In this document: positions 17,618-25,309 of the stretch, piece by piece
Position numbering within the stretch: position 1 is the stretch's first letter
How the letters are laid out: each line of letters begins with the position of its first letter
DNA from: an uncultured Muribaculaceae bacterium
GTDB taxonomy: Bacteria; Pseudomonadota; Alphaproteobacteria; Rs-D84
Direction: 5' to 3'
NCBI GenBank assembly: GCA_965231035.1
Contig: OZ246409.1
Location: 241,101-273,100 of the forward strand
Length of the DNA: 32,000 nt
Position numbers and translations under genes: made by a program
The notes under the pieces: model-generated
Database searches by the model: none
What the model was told of the DNA's origin: nothing
What the model saw: the letters and a program-made list of their open reading frames with translations, nothing else

Positions 17618-19150
17618 TTAAAATTTTGCACTTAATCCTACTCGGATTCCCATAGATTTATAAAATGAACTAACTTCATTATCTACGCTGCAAACCCAAC
17701 CAGGACAGCTGGATTCTAAATTTTTTATATTTATAGCTGTTTGATCACCAGTTCCGTCTGTTGCTAACATCTGAGTTTCTGTTTTACCATTGGTTTCCCA
17801 AGCAGACAAAATTGAATCATATAACCCCAGATAATATTTGGAATTCAAATAGGTTTTTGCGTTTGCCCCGCTGACAGTATAATAATCATACGTCAATCCA
17901 AGAGACATATTTATAGAATTTGTAATCGCTGTTTCCCAATTTGCAGCCAAACCAAGGTGCATTGCTGAACCCATACTTGCTGAATCTTCTACACTTTTAG
18001 GATGTTGCCAGTCAAAACGATACGGTTGATCACCAGTTGAATCATAGGCAGGCAAGCCAATTTCAACACGACCATTGATTGTATTATTTTGATTAATATC
18101 ATAATCTATATCCATAGCAGCATAAGGTCCAGCCCAAGTAACTTCATAAGAATGGCTGGTTCCAGGCTGGCTATAATAATATGTTCCACCTGTATCAACC
18201 AGTTCCGCATCCGTCCCAATATTCATATCACCACCTATGGTATCTCTCCATATAATCTGTTTTGAACCATCAGAATAATGTACAACAACAGCTGGATCAC
18301 ATTGAACTTCACCTGTGGATTGAACCCTGAAACATGCAGAAGTATCTACTGATAAGCCATAATTTTGTTTTGTTTCTAATTTATAACTAAGACTGCGATA
18401 ACCCAAAGACGGGGTAAATTTTGCATTTCCCATTTTAAATGCATTTGGTAAACCAAACCCAGCGTTAAAGCCGAACATACTTCCACCACCGCTGGTTCCA
18501 ATAGATAATGCATGACCAACCTGATTACCTATTACGGCACTTGTTCCTGTATTAATCCACTGAGTTATAAAATAACCACCGTTTGTAATATCATCGTCAA
18601 CCATGGTTGTTTCACCAGATTGAGTTCCTATTTTAATACCAGCGTCAATTTTTACTGGTGTATTGCTTATGTAAAAATTATAACCGCCAGTTGCGTCAAA
18701 AACATTCCAAGCAATATTGTCATAGTGCAAAATACTTCCAGAATTCTTCATATCAAATTTCCACATAGCATCTTCTCTGGAAACGCCTGCATTCAAATAC
18801 AAACCCTGCTCTGGATTACCTGAACTTGAAGAAATAGAACTTTTTTGTTGTTGATATGAGTATTGTGGCTGAACCCTTTGTTGGTATTGTGGTTGCTGTT
18901 GATTCTGATATCTGGAATTGTAATAATTATTATAGTAATTATTATATCCTGTATTTTGATCAGTATCAGCTGTAGTATCTTCTTCTGAATCTTGGGTTGT
19001 ATCAGATCCACCAGAATTATAATTTGTATTGTATCTTTGCTGAGGTGATTGATAGCTGCCTGTATAATATGTACCTGCAGCATCAGCATTCAAAGGCACA
19101 AAAAACAACGAGCAAAGAGCAAATAACCAACAATTATTATTTTTTTTCAT
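17618..19150 (-). CDS. outer-membrane beta-barrel protein with Q/N/Y-rich N-terminal low-complexity region
   Basis: Signal peptide MKKNNNCWLFALCSLFFVPLNADA. It has about 90 aa of Q/N/Y/S/T/D-rich sequence and then about 400 aa with alternating amphipathic beta-strand character. The C-terminus ...GIRVGLSAKF ends in Phe, as in OMP sorting signals. Confidence 0.75.
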   Translation of the reverse strand: MKKNNNCWLFALCSLFFVPLNADAAGTYYTGSYQSPQQRYNTNYNSGGSDTTQDSEEDTTADTDQNTGYNNYYNNYYNSRYQNQQQPQYQQRVQPQYSYQQQKSSISSSSGNPEQGLYLNAGVSREDAMWKFDMKNSGSILHYDNIAWNVFDATGGYNFYISNTPVKIDAGIKIGTQSGETTMVDDDITNGGYFITQWINTGTSAVIGNQVGHALSIGTSGGGSMFGFNAGFGLPNAFKMGNAKFTPSLGYRSLSYKLETKQNYGLSVDTSACFRVQSTGEVQCDPAVVVHYSDGSKQIIWRDTIGGDMNIGTDAELVDTGGTYYYSQPGTSHSYEVTWAGPYAAMDIDYDINQNNTINGRVEIGLPAYDSTGDQPYRFDWQHPKSVEDSASMGSAMHLGLAANWETAITNSINMSLGLTYDYYTVSGANAKTYLNSKYYLGLYDSILSAWETNGKTETQMLATDGTGDQTAINIKNLESSCPGWVCSVDNEVSSFYKSMGIRVGLSAKF

Positions 19151-19235
19151 TTTTACATCCTACATTCCATCTGTTACATTTTATCATAAAACAGTTGAAA
19201 AAAAAAATGATTCTTGTATGATTGCTTTCACATTT

Positions 19236-19320
19236 GGGACTATGGCGAAATTGGTAGACGCGCTACCTTGAGGTGGTAGTGGAGCAATCCTTAGGAGTTC
19301 AAATCTCCTTAGTCCCACCA
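19236..19320 (+). tRNA. tRNA-Leu (anticodon GAG), CCA encoded
   Basis: Hand-folded cloverleaf:
- acceptor GGGACTA pairs with TAGTCCC
- D arm GCG/CGC with loop AAATTGGTAGA
- anticodon stem CTACC/GGTAG with loop TT-GAG-GT
- long variable arm TGGAGCAATCCTT, the class II feature typical of Leu
- T arm AGGAG-TTCAAAT-CTCCT
- discriminator A followed by CCA
Total 85 nt. Confidence 0.95.
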
Positions 19321-19374
19321 ATATTTTTTCTTCTTGCCCACATTTTCATAATTTTGCTAACATTATTCTCAGGA

Positions 19375-22300
19375 ATGAAGAAAATTACACTGCTTTTTGC
19401 TGTTTGCTTTGCGTTGCTTGGGATGCAGAAGGTTTTTGCTGATGACAGTACAGACGCTGCACGTGCTGCAACACGAGGAACAGCGACTGTGGTTGTTTCT
19501 TCACACCAAAAATCCGAAGATTATAATAGTTCTACAGAAACAACTTCTTTGCCCTCGTCTGCTTCAAGGTCTGTTGTTGGTGGCGTTCAAAAAAGCGACT
19601 CTTCCCGTGATAGAGCTGTAACAAATCGTGATAATTCTATTTCTGATAAATCCAGAACAAGTCAAACAAATCCTGTCACCGTCCCAAGAAGTGCAAGTGT
19701 TCAACAGCGAACAGCCAAAATTTCTGAAAGATCCGCTGTCAGCCGTTCTGGAATAAATCAAACAAGTAATGTTACAGTTCGCAGTTCACTGGCTGCTCGC
19801 AGTGCGTTGAAAACACAATCCCGTGGAAATATTTCTGCACGTGCAGCGACAATGGATAATGCTCCAAAACAACCTTTACCAGATACAAAATCAACAAAAA
19901 CAGATAATTCAAAATCATCTTCTGTTGGTTATAAAAAATGTCGCGAAGTTTATTACGGTTGTATGGATGAATTTTGTGCAAACAAAGACACCCAACTTAA
20001 AAGATGCGCTTGTTCATCCAGAATTCACGACTTTGACTCTGTTAAAAAGAATATGTCCAATGTCGAAGATAAAATTTTAGATTTCAATCAGCGATTAGTC
20101 AGTGTGAATCTTGATAAAGAAGATGCGGCTGCAATATCCAAAGAAACCGAAGGTGAAAAAGCTTATCAACAAACTGATAAATCAGATTCAAAAAGTATTT
20201 TGGACGAAATTTCAAAAAAATTAAAATCCAGCACAACAGATACAGATTATAACAAAAACCTTTCTGCAATATCGCTTTCGTTGGACACAGATTCGGCATT
20301 CGACAGCATAGATTCATCTTTGGGCGCATCCACAACATCCAAAGAAGGAACAGATCTTTACGATGCCGCGATTCCAGTTTGTCGCGAAATGGCGGCCGAG
20401 GTTTGTGATTCAGATGGTGCAGCAATCGCAGAAAGTGGTTACCAGATGGCAATCGAACAAGATTGTAATACTGTTGCCAAGGCTTATGAAACCCTGCAAG
20501 ACCAAGCACTGACCAAGGTTCGTGAAGGAAGCGCATTACTGGATATGTCCAGATTGGATGTTCATCAAAAAGAAAATGCTGATGACATTCTTACCTGCAA
20601 AAAGAAAATGCTGACAATGATTACAGACAGTTCTGTATGCGGTAAAAATTTAATCGAGTGTCTGGATATTTCTGGAAGATATATTGATCCTTCTACTGGC
20701 GAGGCGTTCTTGACTGAAAATTTAATTAATATGGAAAAACTTATCACCAGACCATCAGGCAACCAGAAATGGGTCGAAGTTTCAGGAAATTCACAATTCA
20801 TAACTTACTTGAATTCTAAAAAGAAATATTTGGAATCATCTATGGAAAGCTGTAAGGACATTGCTGACACTGTTTGGGATGATTTCGTCGAAGATGCGCT
20901 GGCACAAATAAAATTGGCCCAAGAAAAAAAGTTAGAAGACATGCGTCAAAGCTGTACTTCGCTTACTACACAGTGTTTAGCCGATACATCAAAATCAATT
21001 TCTGATTTTGACGCGCGCGCGCTTTCTACTTTTGGTGTAACCGCAGACAAAACAGTTAATGAAATGTGTGCTGGAATAAAAACCGCCTGCACTGCTTTAC
21101 TGGAATCAACTGGTGGCGATTCGGATTGGGTCGGCGGTATGAGTGAAATTCAAACAGATAAAACATACGACACACTTATTCAGACATGCCGCGAAGTTGG
21201 CAAGGCTTGCATTATCCAAACCTGCAAATCTGTTTCAGGAAACTTTGGATTGTGCGAAAGCGTTGATAAATCAGTTAACAGAAAATCCATTATTAATCGT
21301 GCTGCTTGTTGGTCTGACGTAATTAAATGCGTGGCTAATGCTGGCACCAGTTCTATTGACTCGATAATGAAAAAGTTTTCCAAGACCCCCAGTTCCAGTG
21401 GCGGAAACTTTTACACAGAAAATTATGGTGTGCAACCAACAGTAAGTAATTCTACAAGTGGCGCTGGATGTGATCCTACTTCATCAACAACCCCTCAAAA
21501 TTGTATTTATGATATTTGCACCGAGTGTGGTCAGTCTGGTCAGCCAGATTGTGCGACTTGCAGATTGGCTGAAAAAATATGGGGCAACTGCGAGTTTATA
21601 CCAACAAAAACATTAGATATTGTTCCACAAAACAAAATCAAGGCGACAATTTCCAGCACCGAAACATTGCTGTCTTGGTTTGATACGAACACTGGAACAA
21701 CCGATTCTGCAGAAAGCTGTCGTGATACATCATGCGGTGCCGGATTCAGGGCATTTACAACAGATGGGGTAACAACATGTTCAAAGGCTTCTGACTTTTC
21801 GTCTGACAATTTACTTTGCCCAACAAAGCAATTCTTGGTATCCCAACCTGCTTGGAAGAACTGTTGTTCTACAGAAGAATATGATGATTTTGGAAATTGT
21901 TGTCAAGATACACCAATTACAGTTTCAGGGATATCAATCTGCAGAGAAACTTCCGATATCAATGTTTTCCCTGTTGCCTCGTTTACACTCAGCAGTGACA
22001 GTAGTGTTTACAAGGCCGGGACAAATATCATGGTTTGTGTTGGTGGGACAATAGATGTTACAACCCCCGAAACTGCTTGGCCATCAGGAAGGAATGTTAA
22101 ATGTAATGGTGGACATTTTGTTATTATCAATACCACTTATGGAACATATGTCAGCCCTTATTTCAACCTTGACGATATTGGTAATCCAACAACGACGACG
22201 AATCAACATCCAACCTACCCAAGCAATTATTATTCTTTGGATTATGATGCAGCTACAAACACAAGTATAAATTGCATATATAACTTCGAAAGTAATACTT

Positions 22301-22383
22301 GGAATTCCTCTACAGGAAGTGGTGTATGTGATAAAATAACCGGGTACCCGACTAACAACAATAATCTATTTATTAAGTATTGA
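19375..22383 (+). CDS. large exported cysteine-rich protein (1002 aa), unknown function
   Basis: The track ORF starts at 19273 inside the tRNA. I use the ATG at 19375, which gives the signal peptide MKKITLLFAVCFALLGMQKVFA|DD. About 190 aa of S/T/R-rich, probably disordered sequence follow. The remaining ~800 aa carry about 40 Cys, beginning with YKKCREVYYGCMDEFCANKDTQLKRCACS. No family recognised. Confidence 0.8.
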   Translation: MKKITLLFAVCFALLGMQKVFADDSTDAARAATRGTATVVVSSHQKSEDYNSSTETTSLPSSASRSVVGGVQKSDSSRDRAVTNRDNSISDKSRTSQTNPVTVPRSASVQQRTAKISERSAVSRSGINQTSNVTVRSSLAARSALKTQSRGNISARAATMDNAPKQPLPDTKSTKTDNSKSSSVGYKKCREVYYGCMDEFCANKDTQLKRCACSSRIHDFDSVKKNMSNVEDKILDFNQRLVSVNLDKEDAAAISKETEGEKAYQQTDKSDSKSILDEISKKLKSSTTDTDYNKNLSAISLSLDTDSAFDSIDSSLGASTTSKEGTDLYDAAIPVCREMAAEVCDSDGAAIAESGYQMAIEQDCNTVAKAYETLQDQALTKVREGSALLDMSRLDVHQKENADDILTCKKKMLTMITDSSVCGKNLIECLDISGRYIDPSTGEAFLTENLINMEKLITRPSGNQKWVEVSGNSQFITYLNSKKKYLESSMESCKDIADTVWDDFVEDALAQIKLAQEKKLEDMRQSCTSLTTQCLADTSKSISDFDARALSTFGVTADKTVNEMCAGIKTACTALLESTGGDSDWVGGMSEIQTDKTYDTLIQTCREVGKACIIQTCKSVSGNFGLCESVDKSVNRKSIINRAACWSDVIKCVANAGTSSIDSIMKKFSKTPSSSGGNFYTENYGVQPTVSNSTSGAGCDPTSSTTPQNCIYDICTECGQSGQPDCATCRLAEKIWGNCEFIPTKTLDIVPQNKIKATISSTETLLSWFDTNTGTTDSAESCRDTSCGAGFRAFTTDGVTTCSKASDFSSDNLLCPTKQFLVSQPAWKNCCSTEEYDDFGNCCQDTPITVSGISICRETSDINVFPVASFTLSSDSSVYKAGTNIMVCVGGTIDVTTPETAWPSGRNVKCNGGHFVIINTTYGTYVSPYFNLDDIGNPTTTTNQHPTYPSNYYSLDYDAATNTSINCIYNFESNTWNSSTGSGVCDKITGYPTNNNNLFIKY

Positions 22384-22529
22384 TACCAAGCTGTTGCTTG
22401 TGGAAATAAAAACAGAATCGGTGGGGGAAAACCGGCGATAAAAAGAATCCGTATTTCGAATCTGTTACCAGAATTATTAGCTATATTCAATCAGTTATAA
22501 ACAATTTAATAATATTCTTGACTTGTTCC

Positions 22530-22557
22530 TTGACAAATATGATGTTCGGACTATAAT
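22530..22557 (+). promoter_or_regulatory. consensus sigma70-type promoter for the lipoprotein gene
   Basis: TTGACA (22530-22535), 16 nt, TATAAT (22552-22557). Both hexamers match consensus perfectly. An AAAGGAG RBS precedes the ATG at 22599. Confidence 0.55.
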
Positions 22558-22598
22558 GTATATACAGAAACATAAAAACACACAAAAAGGAGTGTAGA

Positions 22599-23021
22599 AT
22601 GTTTAAAAAGACTTTGGCTTATAATATAAAGAAAGCCTACATAATGATAGGGTTGGCTTTTGGTCTGGTACCAACTTTCACAGCTTGTGAAAAGAATGAT
22701 GACCAACCACAGCATTATAATACAACTTATAATTTTGTCAGAAATGTTTTGCCAGACACTGTATCAATGGCAAAAGATGGTAAAAACGAATTAGTTGACA
22801 CTGTATTTTATAAATTTGACGGAACATCTTTGGGTATGCCTTCAAGAGTGTTGTTAAGATATATTGGTCCAGCATCAAGAGCAGCATCCACCAAATTTAA
22901 TGGTGGTAAATCTGTAATAAATGGTTGCGCGATTGACACCAAAGCGGACAGTACAACCATTACCAGTATGAATTATAAATTTATAAATTCTTGGGTTGGC
23001 GGTTGGTCTATGGGTAGATAA
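22599..23021 (+). CDS. small lipoprotein, unknown function
   Basis: The N-terminus ...IMIGLAFGLVPTFTAC has lipobox F-T-A-C. 140 aa. It has a strong RBS and promoter upstream and a strong terminator downstream. Confidence 0.6.
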   Translation: MFKKTLAYNIKKAYIMIGLAFGLVPTFTACEKNDDQPQHYNTTYNFVRNVLPDTVSMAKDGKNELVDTVFYKFDGTSLGMPSRVLLRYIGPASRAASTKFNGGKSVINGCAIDTKADSTTITSMNYKFINSWVGGWSMGR

Positions 23022-23043
23022 TTATTAAAAACACTAAAAAATT

Positions 23044-23071
23044 AAATCTGATGCTTGCATCAGATTTTTTT
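23044..23071 (+). terminator. rho-independent terminator after the lipoprotein gene
   Basis: AAATCTGATGC-TT-GCATCAGATTT is a perfect 11-nt inverted repeat, followed by a T-run through 23071. Confidence 0.8.
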
Positions 23072-23108
23072 GTTGCTTAAAATAACAAAACTTCTTAAAA
23101 TTCAAATT

Positions 23109-24077
23109 ATGATTAAAAAGATTTTTTTGATTTTTGTTTTATTATTATCTGGTTCGAACGCCTTGGCAGCCGATGAGTGCTCTATATCAAATGCCACAAG
23201 TGGTTGTCTTACTGGCAAATATTGTCTATATGATTCAACAGGAAACAGTTGTATGCCATGCCCTACTGCATATCCAAATTCATTAGTAAGTAATAATAAT
23301 GAACAAACTGATTGTTATGCTTGTGCGACCAGAACCATTGCAAATGGAACTTGGGCGCCCGTCAGTCCTATATATTATCCAACAACACCAACAACATGTA
23401 CCTATAACTCTGAGAATATTGCATGTACTTATATGAATTATCCTGTTCCGGATTCAACCGAGACATATGGATACAGATGTGCATTTATGATAATATTAGA
23501 CGATTCCACCGGTTCCGGTGGCAGTGGAACAATATATGAAGTTTCTGGTGTAAAATATTTGAGCTCATCCGGAAATCAAATTGAAAATGTCGCAAAACCA
23601 ATAAAAAGCAACAGCGTTTTTACTGGGTATTATTCAAGTGGGAGTTCAATTGCCCAGATACCTGACAGTGGCATTTTACCAGGCAATACATATTTTGCTA
23701 CCTCGACAACGCTTTTTGCACATTTTTCAACTTGTTCTGGGACTGGCGAACAAGGAACAATTACAAGTTCTGTCAGTGATAACACCTGTTATTATTTTAT
23801 AACATGTAATGCAGGATACGAAAATACAACGAATTATAACCTTGCCACCAAAACAACGAACAGCTCTTTGTCTTGCACGCCTTGTTCTGCGGGATACTAT
23901 TGCCCCGGGGGTGAACATCAAGCATGTCCTAAGGGTACAACCAGCAGTGGGGGTACAACCGCTACATCAACTGCCGCCTGCCACATGCAGGGTGGGGAAA
24001 ATGGAACAAGATTTTGTGATTCTAATGGATGTTTCTATTTGCCAGATACCGCAACAATAACATCTAACTTACTATAA
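23109..24077 (+). CDS. exported cysteine-rich protein with a probable Listeria-Bacteroides (InlB B-repeat/Flg_new-like) repeat and an ephrin-receptor-like Cys repeat
   Basis: The track ORF starts with TTG at 23055 inside the terminator. I use the ATG at 23109 (MIKKIFLIFVLLLSGSNALA|AD). It has 20 Cys. The segment ILDDSTGSGGSG...KPIKSNSVFTGYYSSG...GNTYFATSTTLFAHF resembles the v-fD-x-nGG...GY-x-F-x-GWY...tLYA-x-W repeat. At 23871-23984, SCTPCSAGYYCPGGEHQACPKGTTSSGGTTATSTAACH resembles the GCC2_GCC3/Ephrin_rec_like pattern. Both domain names are from memory. Confidence 0.7.
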   Translation: MIKKIFLIFVLLLSGSNALAADECSISNATSGCLTGKYCLYDSTGNSCMPCPTAYPNSLVSNNNEQTDCYACATRTIANGTWAPVSPIYYPTTPTTCTYNSENIACTYMNYPVPDSTETYGYRCAFMIILDDSTGSGGSGTIYEVSGVKYLSSSGNQIENVAKPIKSNSVFTGYYSSGSSIAQIPDSGILPGNTYFATSTTLFAHFSTCSGTGEQGTITSSVSDNTCYYFITCNAGYENTTNYNLATKTTNSSLSCTPCSAGYYCPGGEHQACPKGTTSSGGTTATSTAACHMQGGENGTRFCDSNGCFYLPDTATITSNLL

Positions 24078-24223
24078 TCAACAAACCGTAATCATTATTC
24101 AATACAAATCTATCCTGTCCAATATATTGGACACTTTTCGAGTGATATATTAAAGCTATGTCAAAATATATGTACATTATTCCATTGTCCAATATATTGG
24201 ACAGGTTTATTTTTATTCTTAGA

Positions 24224-24271
24224 ATTTATAATCAAATTCATAATCAGATTTATAATCTGATCTATAATCAA
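24224..24271. repeat. 4 x 12-bp direct tandem repeat (ATTTATAATCAA / ATTCATAATCAG / ATTTATAATCTG / ATCTATAATCAA)
   Basis: The core [TC]ATAATC recurs at 24227, 24239, 24251 and 24263, an exact 12-bp period. It lies between palindrome copies 2 and 3. Confidence 0.9.
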
Positions 24272-24292
24272 GACATATTCATATTATGCAGT

Positions 24293-24528
24293 TGTCCAAT
24301 ATATTGGACAAGTTTTTAAATAACACATCAAGATTATAAAAAAGCAAACGGAAATAAAATATGAAATGTCCAATATATTGGACACTTTTTGATTGATTCG
24401 TTGATACTGTAAAAAACACAAAAACAAAAGGTGTATTGTCCAATATATTGGACAAGTTTTTAAATAACACATCAAGATTATAAAAAAGCAAACGGAAATA
24501 AAATATGAAATGTCCAATATATTGGACA
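24293..24528. repeat. 92-bp unit duplicated with 144-bp period (each unit carries two palindromes)
   Basis: 24293-24384 and 24437-24528 read identically by eye: TGTCCAATATATTGGACAAGTTTTTAAATAACACATCAAGATTATAAAAAAGCAAACGGAAATAAAATATGAAATGTCCAATATATTGGACA. Confidence 0.9.
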
Positions 24529-24968
24529 CTTTTCGAGTGATATACTAAAGCTATATAAAATTATGTGCTTAAAAAACAAAAATAAAAGCCTTGATTGTCC
24601 AATATATTGGATAGGTTTGCTTAAATATATACGAATAAAAAGCAAAAATGAAAACCTTGATGTCCAATATATTAGACACTTTTATAGTGACACACTGAAG
24701 CTGTATCAAAACATATGTACATTATTCCTTTGTCCAATATATTGGACACTTTTTGAGTGATATACTAAAGCTATATAAAATTATGTGCTTAAAAAACAAA
24801 AATAAAAGCCTTGATTGTCCAATATATTGGATAGGTTTGCTTAAATATATACGAATAAAAAGCAAAAATGAAAACCTTGATGTCCAATATATTAGACACT
24901 TTTATAGTGACACACTGAAGCTGTATCAAAACATATGTACATTATTCCTTTGTCCAATATATTGGATA
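24529..24968. repeat. near-perfect 220-bp tandem duplication (each unit carries three palindromes)
   Basis: 24529-24748 and 24749-24968 differ at only about two positions that I can see (CTTTTCGAG vs CTTTTTGAG, and the last palindrome GGACA vs GGATA). 24116-24203 looks like the same unit with an internal deletion. Confidence 0.9.
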
Positions 24969-24977
24969 ATCAAATTA

Positions 24978-25283
24978 TTACCTATTTTCTACCTTAAATT
25001 TTATGTCAAAAAGATTTAGCAACCGCAAAATTGTTATAAAACTTGGATTACCCGACGGCGACAAAATATTATAAAAACTGCTGCGCGAGATTCCCAAAAT
25101 TTCAGGAATACTTTGTCTACGATGGTGCGTTTTTGCTATTTCCATCAGTATATATTTTATTTTTTCTATATCTAAATTATCCAAAGCGATAGATAACTCA
25201 GATATCAAATATTGGTCAATTTCTTTATTATCAATAAAAAATTCACGGTTTATTTTTGGCTTTGATAAAAGTGAAAATCGCAT
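24978..25283 (-). CDS. HTH DNA-binding protein of the 'addiction module antidote' (HigA-like, COG3636-type) family, with no toxin partner visible
   Basis: 101 aa. The C-terminal half ...IPEILGISRSSFYNILSPSGNPSFITILRLLNLFDIKFKV closely matches the family hallmark G-x-S-R-x-S-L-Y-K-A-L-S-x-x-G-N-P-x-F-x-T-x-L-K-V-x-x-A-L-G-L-x-L (from memory). A GGAGA RBS lies 8 nt upstream of the ATG. Confidence 0.8.
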   Translation of the reverse strand: MRFSLLSKPKINREFFIDNKEIDQYLISELSIALDNLDIEKIKYILMEIAKTHHRRQSIPEILGISRSSFYNILSPSGNPSFITILRLLNLFDIKFKVENR

Positions 25284-25309
25284 AATTATTCTCCATAAAA
25301 TATACGCGT

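Noticed and set aside
18793-19089. 98-aa alternative-frame ORF over the Q/N/Y-rich region of the OMP gene
   Set aside because: It lies on the same strand as the OMP in another frame, within repetitive low-complexity DNA. Its I/Q/K-rich product has no start context and is most likely a frame artefact.
19273-19374. N-terminal 34 codons of the 1036-aa track ORF
   Set aside because: This stretch overlaps the 3' half of tRNA-Leu. The ATG at 19375 yields a canonical signal peptide, so the extension is an artefact of the longest-ORF rule.
22412-22465. Long-range stem (ACAGAATCG pairs with CGAATCTGT, one mismatch) enclosing a small hairpin after the 1002-aa gene, considered as a terminator or riboswitch
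   Set aside because: No U-tract follows it. The pairing is short and imperfect. It lies upstream of, not within, the predicted transcript of the next gene, and I recognise no riboswitch consensus.
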